Position numbers and translations under genes: made by a program
Assembly (NCBI GenBank): GCA_964016885.1
Contig: OZ024750.1
Location: 15,500,001 to 15,564,000 of the forward strand
Direction: 5' to 3'
Source of the DNA: Eledone cirrhosa
Lineage: Eukaryota
DNA length: 64,000 bases
Shown here: positions 54,408 to 64,000 of the stretch, piece by piece
Numbering within the stretch: the first letter of the stretch is position 1
Layout of the letters: each line of letters starts with the position of its first letter
Notes under the pieces: generated by a model
Told to the model about the DNA's origin: nothing
What the model saw: only the letters and a program-made list of their open reading frames with translations
The model's database searches: none

Positions 54408-54704
54408 TAGCTATGTCTTTGTTGATATTGTTACTTATTGCTAAGAATCCTAAAGGAATTTTCTGTTTATTTAAAGTATATCCCATTATATGGGGAAATA
54501 AACAAAAATCAAGTTATGCTTTTGTTGTTGTTTTTTTTTTATTGTTTTTAATATTCACATTATTACTTTTTAAACAGTCATGGAAGAAGACAATGAAGAA
54601 ATGTCTTCTTTCTGAACCTAATGGAAGTAATGTCACTCTAAACAAGATACGTCTTCTTTTAGGCTGTCTTCACTCATTAATTGAATAATATTCCTGTTGT
54701 TTAA

Positions 54705-54911
54705 CCCTTTAGAATTTATATTACTCTATATATACTATTGTATTTTCACAGTAAAGCCTTTACCTCACATAATATCGAATTTACGAGATTTTGATATTAT
54801 TTGTTTGAGAACATTACCTTAACATCAGTATGAGCAACCAGTTACAGCCGGTTTGAATAGAATGAGGTGAGAAATTTCTGGCTGAATACAGCCAGTTTAA
54901 ATGCTAATGGG
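54705..54911. mobile_element. piggyBac-like MITE copy
   Basis: TTAA-flanked, same family. Confidence 0.8.
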
Positions 54912-55369
54912 TTAAAGCAATCAACTAAATATCAGCCTACACTTTGACTGGTAGGCTGGAAAACTATTGATGCTTATCTTACTCAGCATAAATTAACATT
55001 TTACATTGATATAAATTGTCAAGTGACTTTTTTTGCTCTTTCCTACCACCTGGATGCTGCAGTAAAGGAGAAGAGTCACTACATCATATTCTAAAATACC
55101 AAGAATTATCAACAAACTACTTTCCCAGCTTGTGGTGTTTGAGACGTTTGGGCCACTGACAATAAAGTTCTTATCATGGTTGGTATCTTGCTTTACCAAT
55201 GTATCAGGTGATGTCCTTGAGTGTTTTAGCCTCACTATCATTCACATCAATGCTGCAAGTGTGTTGGCTTGCCACAAAATATATTAGAAAAGAAATTCTA
55301 GTGCCCCTTTTTATGGAGAGTGCAGCTACTCTCCCACCTTTCATATTTATTCAGTTAGACATAGATAGC

Positions 55370-56990
55370 TATTACGCGTCAGTATCTCCGATACTAGTCA
55401 ATAAGGCCCTCATAAGCGCCATGGCTAGATAAGGTGTGCAGAAATGCCAATAGCGAGGGCGCCTCCTTAGGTAGAAGAATTGACCCGGTAGCAGTATCCA
55501 GGAACACAAATAACAACACAACTAGCATTAATGACACCGGACCGACCCGAGGTAGGACTAAAGTACCCATAGGAGCCAGACCACCCAGTACGCGGAGGTA
55601 TGGGCCTAGCACGCACACTGCATACTCCGCGGCAACTGGGACCTTGGACAGGACTTCGACAAATAGGAACGGGGCACACGCCATGGAGCACGACCAGCCT
55701 GGTTCTAGTGCAACAGCATCACATGACCTAAGGCGAATAGACGTATAGATGACCACATAGAACGACGTAACTTTATAACTGTAGAGCATAACCACGACGA
55801 ACGTAGCGGGCAAATAGACAGGGACAACACACGGACGAAATTGTGGTTGGGCCGAGCACTGGACGGACATCAAGCCCTGGGCACACCAATAAGAGTCCAC
55901 GCACAAGAAGGAACAGATCTAAGGCCGTTACCTGGTTCAATGCACCTTGCTCCAAACATGTACGCACAAACGTGCCAGGACTTTTCTTCCGAGCGCTGGA
56001 TGAGTGCTTTCCGCCGACAAACAAGTACCACAAAATCTCCTTCTCCAGTGACCGTATTTCGGAGCGCAGAGAACCACCCAGGGACCTGCCCTCAAATGAC
56101 AACCCGGCCCCCGAGGCGACCAGAGCGCCCGCGGAGGGCGATATGGTCCAACACCGATAGGGAAATAGTGGCATGGGGGAGACAACAGTGTCGGCGGTAC
56201 AACACCTTGAGAATCTTGAGAGGGCCATAACAGATCGGGGCCCGGACATCGGACGCACAAGAACTGACAGCAGAACTTGCAACTGTAGAGCGGACACCCG
56301 GTGCCCCCTACAGGGAAAATGCTTGATGAAAGACTTAATATACAAGTGTGTGGTTACAACCCAAAACGCGCATCGCACCTACATCGGCGCAACTTCCACG
56401 ACCTTTAAATTGCGGATGTATAATCACACGAATTCCTTCAGGGACCGTAGCAAAAGGCACTCCACTAGGTTAGCGGACCTGGTGTGGCACCTGTAAGACC
56501 GCGACACTCCGTATGCCCTGCGAGGGCATATTCGGCTGGAAGTAGAAAGTGCCGATTGTGCCTACACGAGGCCATGGAGATAGTCAGACTGAAGGATGAC
56601 GCCGTCAACCTGAAGTCTGAATTTATCATGACATGCAGACACCAGAGAAGATGCACATTTGCAGCATGGAATCCGCCGGGTGACGCAGGCAGGGGGCATG
56701 GGAACGAGTACGCACAGATCCGATTGGCCCAACGGGATTAGGGGACCTGACGCCATGCCATGATGACGGTGTCCGACCCGTGGGGCAAACATATGTAAAC
56801 CAGGTTCGCACTTGACCGGGCACACAACATTGGAAGATACACCCCATGGGCTGGGACCGGCTGACACGGGGCCCAGTGCCTCCCGGTCCTGTGCCCTAAA
56901 CATATAGAACAGCACACACCAGCCACGGTGCCATGCCCCATGGCGACCGGGACGGGCGTCACATTGAATGTGTACCCCGTCAATCGTGAC
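55370..56990 (+). mobile_element. RT-less, disrupted Penelope-like element with GIY-YIG endonuclease (Naiad-type)
   Basis: GC/CpG-rich block encoding WFNAPCSKHVRTNV..LDECFP..HKI, CNCRADTRCPLQGKC (CxCx5Cx5C), LIYKC..TYIGATSTTFKLRMYNH and KCRLCLHE..LKSE..CRH, with stops and a frameshift. Boundaries approximate. Confidence 0.85.
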
Positions 56991-57047
56991 TATATACTCT
57001 CCACCTGTTCCACTTTGGAACAGTGATTATTACTATCATTATTGTTC

Positions 57048-57230
57048 GCGGTGGATTGGCAGTATCGGTGGAGGGTCGGACGCCATGCTTTCCAGCATAG
57101 TTACGTCCCTTTACGATCTGAGTTCAAATCCCGCCGAGGTTGACTTTGCCTTTCATCCTTACGGGGTCGATAAAATAAAGTACCAGTAATGCACTGAGTA
57201 TTTGCTGGCCTTGTGCCTAAAGTAGAAACA
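57048..57230 (+). mobile_element. tRNA-derived SINE family A (full-length representative)
   Basis: A-box-like tggcagtatcggt, B-box gagttcaaatccc, core gcctttcatccttacggggtcgataaaataaagtaccag; 10-bp TSD ATTATTGTTC. Further copies near 1-150, 2578-2670, 3625-3830, 12365-12455, 22015-22125, 33772-33890, 41027-41130, 45050-45240, 46715-46995. Confidence 0.85.
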
Positions 57231-59507
57231 ATTATTGTTCTATTATTGTTCTGTTACCTGTTCTATACACGGACACAAGTTTGCATCTCATAATACCTGT
57301 GTAGTATATCACATGGACGCACGCACCTTCTCCTGAACCCGCCCCCCCCCGTTTTTTTTATTTTACCCCTTTTTCTCTTGTACCTATTTATGCAGTTACA
57401 TACAGATTTTAATGTACCCTAAACTATTGTAAATTTATTTATTTTATTTTATTTTATTTTATTATCATATTGTGTTTTTATGTGTGGACCTGTGCGTGGG
57501 TGTATGTACGTGTGTGTGTAGATGTGTATGTATATTTATATACGTGGGTGGGTGCTGGGGTGTGTGTGTGTGTGTGCGCATGAGCTTATATGCGCGTGTA
57601 TGTGCAGACATGTGAATGTATGTACATATGTGGCGGAATGTGGGTGTATGTGTGTATATGTATATATGAATATATATATATATATATATATATATGTCTA
57701 TGTATGTGTGCGTATGTACGTATAGCCACCTATGAGTAGGTGTGTGTATATATATATGTGTGTGTGTGTATATATATATAGATATATGTGCGGGTGCATG
57801 CATATGTGGGCCTCTGTGTGCGTATGTGTACTTGTGCATACATGTATGTGTTTATGTGCATCTCATAGGAATGTGTGCGGATGATTATATATGGAGTATA
57901 TATGCTTTTTATTATTACTATTATTCTTGTTGTATTACTTTATCACATATCCTTTATATGTATCCGTATATTTATGTATGAATCTGTGTACATGTGTGTG
58001 TCATCATCATCATCAACGTTTAACGTCCGTGTTCCACGCTTGCATGGGTTTGGACGGGGGTTTTCCCACTTGAGGCAAGAGTGATTGTCTTGCTCGCATA
58101 GGACTGTCTGGCAGGTTTTCTACAGTTGGATGCCCTTCCTAACACCAACCACATTTACAGTGTGGGTCTGGGAGGTTTTTACCGTGTTGCCTACACGGCC
58201 ACATTACAGCGTGGACTGTGTGTTTTTTGTCGTGACACCTACACGATCTCATTTGTTTCGGCCTGGATGGCGCGGCACCAACATAACTTTACATAGAACG
58301 GGGTGGTGTGGATGGGGTGGGGGTGGTGGCGGGACGGGGTGTATTTTGTTAGAGATGCCTACTGGCAAGGCGGGTCTTCTCTGTTACTGAGTACCGCCAA
58401 AGGTCACGGTCCAGTGACATTTTGTGTGTATTTATATATATATATATTTGTGTGTGTATGTATGTATATATGTGTGTATATATATATGTGTATGCACATG
58501 TGTGTGTATATGTGTGTATGTATATATGTGTGTGTATATATATATATAAATGTATATAAGGTTGGGCGTATGTATGTGTATGTTTGAGTAGGCCATGCTT
58601 ATCCCACCTGATACAGGGTACGAAGTAAGCAGCCATCATAAGGCTTGTGGTGATATGTATCTACAAGTGGGTGTGACTGGGTCCGTGGAAGTGAGGGAGA
58701 GAGTGTGTGTGTATATACACTTTTATGTATGTATGTGGGGGTGGGGGTGTCTGCGAATGTAGGCGTACGTGTGTGTATGCATAAATATGTATGTGTGTTT
58801 ATGTGTGTATATTAGTATGTGTGGGTGCTTACTCTGAAGTGTGTGCAGACTGTGAAATACTGAACCCAGCATGACTCCATCGAAATGTGTCGGACGGAAA
58901 ATGGCTGATGACCCGTGTGGCAGCAGATACTGACCAGAACTTGTGATGACGTGGAGTAAAAACAGACAATGGCATGACAAGAGTGGAAGTAGCGCTTTTT
59001 TAGGGTGTTTTTTTTTTTATGATAACACCCCAGTGATAAAATTTGCTCCAGACGAAACACTCGTGTCTGAAAGAACCCGCAGAAGTAGAATCAGCCAGAT
59101 CCATTACAAGGACCATGTCTCGTGTTACCTGCCGGCGAAACAAATGTAACACGCAATAAATTAAGTGCAGATGCATCACTGATTTTTCGTTTTCTTTATA
59201 CTATATATATATATATGTGTGTATCCTGGGTTCAATTGGGGGTAAGGTACTCAATACATAGTAGTTCTAGTCATGTAGAAGCCATTTCTATATTAAATAT
59301 TGTATATATATACACATTATATTAGGTATATACCGAAGTTGTACAGCAGATACTATTCAAGTTGTTGGAAGCAATTACAAAGCACTCAATGGGGCGAAAA
59401 GTTAATGCATTATTGTCCAGAGTGAACACAACAGTTAAAAAGTGTCAAGAAAAACGACCGAAAGTAGAGGTCATATATATACCACAATGATAGATACAGA
59501 AAGCATA

Positions 59508-60004
59508 TCTGTATATATATAAATCTGAAAATTTCTGTATGTTTGTGTAGATGTGTGTCGAGATTTTTTTTATTGAGGGCTGATATATTCTAAACCATTC
59601 ATGCGATTTCTTTGAAATCTTTCAAGAATGGATATTGGGGCCTTTTGAGACATTAAAAAAGTTTCGGTTATTTGTGTGGATTTTCGTGATTAAGTAACAC
59701 AAGAGTTTTGTTTTCTAATCAAGAGTTATATTTCGTAATTAGCTTTATTTACTCTATCATTTCGTATATTTCACAACCAGCAATCTATAACCTTCTACTT
59801 GAAACAAAGATAACTTCACAACCAGCAATTTATACTACTCGAAACAAAGATAATAACAATATCATTTCGCTGGAATAGTGGGTAAAGGTTTTCATGTTTA
59901 CATAAAGTACGTTTTTCTTCTATGTATTCAAATTTACTTTGTTTAGTTTAATGAGCTAGATCGAAAGCTACATGAACCGTCCAAAGGACGGGTAATTTAG
60001 CTAG
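59508..60004 (+). mobile_element. Non-autonomous Helitron
   Basis: A|TC 5' end, subterminal hairpin CCGTCC-aaa-GGACGG (59977-59991), CTAG|T 3' end, no TSD. Confidence 0.75.
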
Positions 60005-60080
60005 TATACACACACACACATATATATATATATATTGTTTATATATTAATATATAGTATTCAAATAAAATTATATTTTAA

Positions 60081-60288
60081 CCCTTTCGCATTTACATTAC
60101 TTTATATTTACTATTGTATTTTCATTGTAAAGGCTATATCTCACATAATATCGAATCTATGAGATTTTGATATTATTTATGTTAAGAACAATACCTTAAC
60201 ATCAGTATGAGTAGCCAATTACAGCTGGTTTGAACAGAAAGAGGTGAGAGAATTCTCACCGGATACAGCTGGTTTAAATGCTAAAGGG
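60081..60288. mobile_element. piggyBac-like MITE copy
   Basis: TTAA-flanked, same family. Confidence 0.85.
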
Positions 60289-60599
60289 TTAAGTTTTAAA
60301 AAACCCAATTAGTCACTTCACAAGGATTTGATAAATGGAAACAATAAACTTGTTGACTAGCAACTGGAAAAATTGTATTTCAAATATGAAAATATAATAG
60401 TTGGGAACAAAAGAAAACAAAAAATGTACAAAAAAACAAAGAAATGTATCTTTGTGTGTTCTTTTATTCATAGTTATATAGATAATTTGTTTATAAATTC
60501 ATATCTGTTCAGTGTTGAAGAATAAATGAACAAACATATATACTAACGAACAAAAGTACATAAGAATTAACAAATAAATGTATGAAGAAATATTCATGC

Positions 60600-61310
60600 A
60601 CATGTACAAAAAATGGAATGCACCCACTGGCCTGATCCACCAGGTTGTTTAAGTGTTTTCATGCTTGATAACACTAGAATGGCAATTGCATATCTCCGTG
60701 GGGATTGATGTTATCTCCCTTTTGGCTGGTAATGATAGTCTCAAGTTCTTCGAGAATTTCACTCAGTTCCATGTCTCATCTGAGAGTATCCTCCCCTATA
60801 TTCACACTTTTTGTTGCTAAACTGTAAAGCCTAAGGGTGACCTCTGTTCCATTGCAGTTGTGTGCACTTTTTCATGGCACACAGCAAAAAGGTGTTTGTC
60901 ATTGGTCTCTGATCGCCTCTCCACACAATTTTTCCCTATTCAGGTGGTAGCGAGTACCAAACTAAGTTTTGAGGCAGCTGCCAGTTCACAAGCTTTCACA
61001 AACATGCCTTCTGAGATTTTCAAGGTTGTCCTCAAACCTGATCTCAGGAATGCATTGAAGTCTACTAGTCATGATACCATCCTCAGCTCAGTGAAAGAGA
61101 GAGCTGCAGAGCCAACACCAAATAAGATTTTATAGTTAGGAATGGCATGATTTACAGCAAGAATTAGCTAGATTTCTTATTTTAACTAGAATATCACTTG
61201 CTTTTTTTTCTGCTAGTACATGATTTGTAGGCCAACTAAGAAATGAGTCAATAAACTCCCCATTGACCTGAGAAGGCCTATTCAAAAGTTCATTGAAGTG
61301 TTCTCTCCAA
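60600..61310 (-). mobile_element. Decayed RTE-type LINE fragment
   Basis: WREHFNELLNRPSQVN and downstream RT N-terminal remnants. Confidence 0.6.
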
Positions 61311-61639
61311 TAGGATATACATATAATATAAGATATAAAATATCATATGTATATCCTATTATGGTGTTATGAAATATTTTCTTTCATGTTTGCGCATTTT
61401 TAACATAATTCTACAATAATGCTAATTGATTTCTGAAAATCCATTTCTCAGCTTTTTACCTACAATGTCAACTAAACATGCCTTCTAAATATATCTCAGA
61501 TTATTATGGAGGAATATTTTAATCAAAATTATCACAAACATATGCTATGTCACCAATGTAGATATAGCTGTGGTTATATAAAATCTAGTGTTGGGAGATT
61601 TTAAGCACACTAATATATCTTCTTTCTTGTGAAAAGTGT

Positions 61640-61834
61640 TTGAGATTAAACAACTAGCTCCAGAGAATGATTTACTGCACATATCAGTGATACAACAGTT
61701 CTCCTGTATGAATTCTGTGGCCCTTTTAAGAGAATGATTTCCTGCTGACATCACAGTAATATAGTTACTCTCCTGCATGAATATGTTTGTGAGTTGTTAA
61801 GCACCTTGCGCGAGAGAATGATTTACCACAGATA
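61640..61834 (-). pseudogene. Decayed zinc-finger repeats downstream of the ZNF stop
   Basis: After the stop, [23 protein letters not shown] and YYCDVSRKSFS* continue in a shifted frame with stops. Confidence 0.8.
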
Positions 61835-64000
61835 TCAGTGATATGGTTTCTCTCTTGCATGAATATGTTTGTGAGTTGTTAAGTTGCTTTTTTGAGAGAA
61901 TGATTTACCACAGATATCACAGTGATGTGGTTTCTCTCCTGTATGAATTGGTTTATGAATTGTTAATTGGCCTTTCTGAGAAAATGATTGACCACAGATA
62001 TCACAGTGATATGGTTTCTCTCCTGTATGAACATATTTGTGAGTTGTTAACCTGCTTGCGTGAGAGAATGATTTAGCACAGATATCACAGTGATATGGCA
62101 GTTCTCCTGTATGAATATGCTTGTGAGTTGTTAAGTTGCCTTTTTGAGAGAATGATTTACCACAGATATCACAGTGATATGGTTTCTCGCCTGTATGAAT
62201 ATGTTTATGAATTTTTAAGCTGCTTGCGTGAGAGAATGATTTACCACAGATATCACAGTGATATGGTTTCTCTCCTGTATGAATATGCTTGTGAGTTGTT
62301 AAGTGGCTTTTTTGAGAGAAAGTTTTACCACAGATATCACAGTGATATGGCAGTTCTCCTGTATGAATTTGTTTGTGAGTTGTTAAGTTGCCTTTTTGAG
62401 AGAATGATTTACCACAGATATCACAGTGATATGGTTTCTCTCCTGTATGAATATATTTATGAATTGTTAAGCTGTTTGCTTGAGAGAATGATTTACCACA
62501 GATATCACAGTGATATGGCAGTTCTCCTGTATGAATATGCTTGTGAGTTGTTAACTGGCCTTTTTGAGAGAAAGTTTTACCACAGATATCACAGTGATAT
62601 GGTTTCTCTCCTGTATGAATATATTTGTGAATTGTTAAGCTCCTTGCGTGAGAGAATGATTTACCACAGATATCACAGTGATATGGCAGTGCTCCTGTAT
62701 GAATATGCTTGTGAGTTGTTAAGTGGCTTTTTTGAGAGAAAGTTTTACCACAGATATCACAGTGATATGGCAGTTCTCCTGTATGAATTTGTTTGTGAGT
62801 TCTTAAGTTGCCTTTTTGAAAGAAAGTTTTTCCACAGATATCACAGTGATATGGTTTCTCTCCTGTATGAATATATTTATGAATTGTTAAGCTGTTTGCT
62901 TGAGAGAATGATTTACCACAGATATCACAGTGATATGGCAGTTCTCCTGTATGAATATGCTTGTGAGTTGTTAAGTTGCCTTTTTGAGAGAAAGTTTTAC
63001 CACAGATATCACAGTGATATGGTTTCTCTCCTGTATGAATATATTTGTGAATTGTTAAGTTCCTTGCGTGAGAGAATGATTTACCACAGATATCACAGTG
63101 ATATGGCAGTGCTCCTGTATGAATATGCTTGTGAGTTGTTAAGTTGCCTTTTTGAGAGAAAGTTTTACCACAGATATCACAGTGATATGGCAGTTCTCCT
63201 GTATGAATTTGTTTGTGAGTTGTTAAGTGGCTTTTTTGAGAGAAAGTTTTACCACAGATATCACAGTGATATGGCAGTTCTCCTGTATGAATTTGTTTGT
63301 GAGTTGTTAAGCTGCTTGCGTGAGAGAATGATTTACCACAGATATCACAGTGATATGGTTTCTTTCCTGTATGAATATGTTTATGAGTAGTTAAGCTGCA
63401 TGAGTAAGAGAATGATTTACCACAGATATCACAGTGATACAATAGTTCTCCTGTATGAATATGTTTGTGAGTTGCTAAGTTGCTTTGTTGTGAGAATGAT
63501 TTACCACAGATATCACAGTGATATGGTTTCTCTCCTGTATGAATATATTTATGAATTTTTAAGCGGTTTGCATGAGAGAATGATTTACCACACATATCAC
63601 AGTGATATGGCAGTTCTCCTGTATGAATTTGTTTGTGAGTTGTTAAGTTGCCTTGTTGTGAGAATGATTTACCACAGATATCACAGTGATATGGCTTCTC
63701 TCCTGTATGAATATGTATGTGAGTTGTTAAGTTCCCTTGTTGAGAGAATGATTTACCACAGATATCACAGTGATACGGTTTCATCCCTGTATGAATATAT
63801 TTGTGTGTTTTTAAATACCCTTTTTGAAAGAATGATTTACCACAGATATCACAGTCATATGGTTTCTCTCTTATATGAATATGCTTGTGAGCTGTTAAGT
63901 TGCCTTTTTGAGAGAAAGTTTTACCACAGATATCACAGTGATATGGTTTCTCTCCTGTATGAATAGATTTGTGAGCTGTTAATTTGCTTGCTTGAGAGAA
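61835..64000 (-). CDS. Tandem C2H2 zinc-finger protein (partial; 5' end outside the window)
   Basis: 84-bp repeats encoding [27 protein letters not shown]. 23 fingers in the listed 649-aa ORF; the frame stays open to 64000, adding 2 full fingers and 1 partial. Confidence 0.93.
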   Translation of the reverse strand, partial: FSQASKLTAHKSIHTGEKPYHCDICGKTFSQKGNLTAHKHIHIREKPYDCDICGKSFFQKGYLKTHKYIHTGMKPYHCDICGKSFSQQGNLTTHIHIHTGEKPYHCDICGKSFSQQGNLTTHKQIHTGELPYHCDMCGKSFSHANRLKIHKYIHTGEKPYHCDICGKSFSQQSNLATHKHIHTGELLYHCDICGKSFSYSCSLTTHKHIHTGKKPYHCDICGKSFSHASSLTTHKQIHTGELPYHCDICGKTFSQKSHLTTHKQIHTGELPYHCDICGKTFSQKGNLTTHKHIHTGALPYHCDICGKSFSHARNLTIHKYIHTGEKPYHCDICGKTFSQKGNLTTHKHIHTGELPYHCDICGKSFSQANSLTIHKYIHTGEKPYHCDICGKTFFQKGNLRTHKQIHTGELPYHCDICGKTFSQKSHLTTHKHIHTGALPYHCDICGKSFSHARSLTIHKYIHTGEKPYHCDICGKTFSQKGQLTTHKHIHTGELPYHCDICGKSFSQANSLTIHKYIHTGEKPYHCDICGKSFSQKGNLTTHKQIHTGELPYHCDICGKTFSQKSHLTTHKHIHTGEKPYHCDICGKSFSHASSLKIHKHIHTGEKPYHCDICGKSFSQKGNLTTHKHIHTGELPYHCDICAKSFSHASRLTTHKYVHTGEKPYHCDICGQSFSQKGQLTIHKPIHTGEKPHHCDICGKSFSQKSNLTTHKHIHAREKPYH

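Noticed and set aside
55394-56378. 170-aa and 201-aa minus-strand ORFs
   Set aside because: Antisense frames of the GC-rich Penelope-like element; the conserved motifs are on the + strand.
57048-57135. tRNA gene
   Set aside because: A/B-box head of a multi-copy SINE with a TSD; no cloverleaf.
57465-58640. Many YIYI/HTHT/VCVC ORFs (also at 0.4-1.5, 3.2-3.7 and 41 kb)
   Set aside because: Translations of (TA)n and (CA)n microsatellites.
62095-63966. 431-aa and 188-aa plus-strand ORFs
   Set aside because: Antisense shadows of the 84-bp zinc-finger repeat.

Overview
AT-rich, microsatellite-dense animal genomic DNA, most likely a coleoid cephalopod such as Octopus (inferred from the [12 protein letters not shown]-type C2H2 array and the repeat content). 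Two host genes are supported. LETM1 (+) has 12 coding exons at 41867-53659 (773 aa by manual splicing, all phases consistent). A tandem C2H2 zinc-finger ORF (-) runs from 61835 to the window edge with at least 25 fingers. The remainder is repeats: tRNA-derived SINEs, decayed RTE-type and other LINEs, TTAA-flanked piggyBac-like MITEs, hAT MITEs, a non-autonomous Helitron, a 33-bp minisatellite and an RT-less GIY-YIG Penelope-like (Naiad-type) element. The most notable signal is a set of short, sequence-unrelated non-coding elements at (TA)n microsatellites. Each carries a minimal type I hammerhead ribozyme fold (four intact or near-intact, several decayed), often with an inverted copy of its own tail. 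All structures were read by eye; no searches or folding programs were run.
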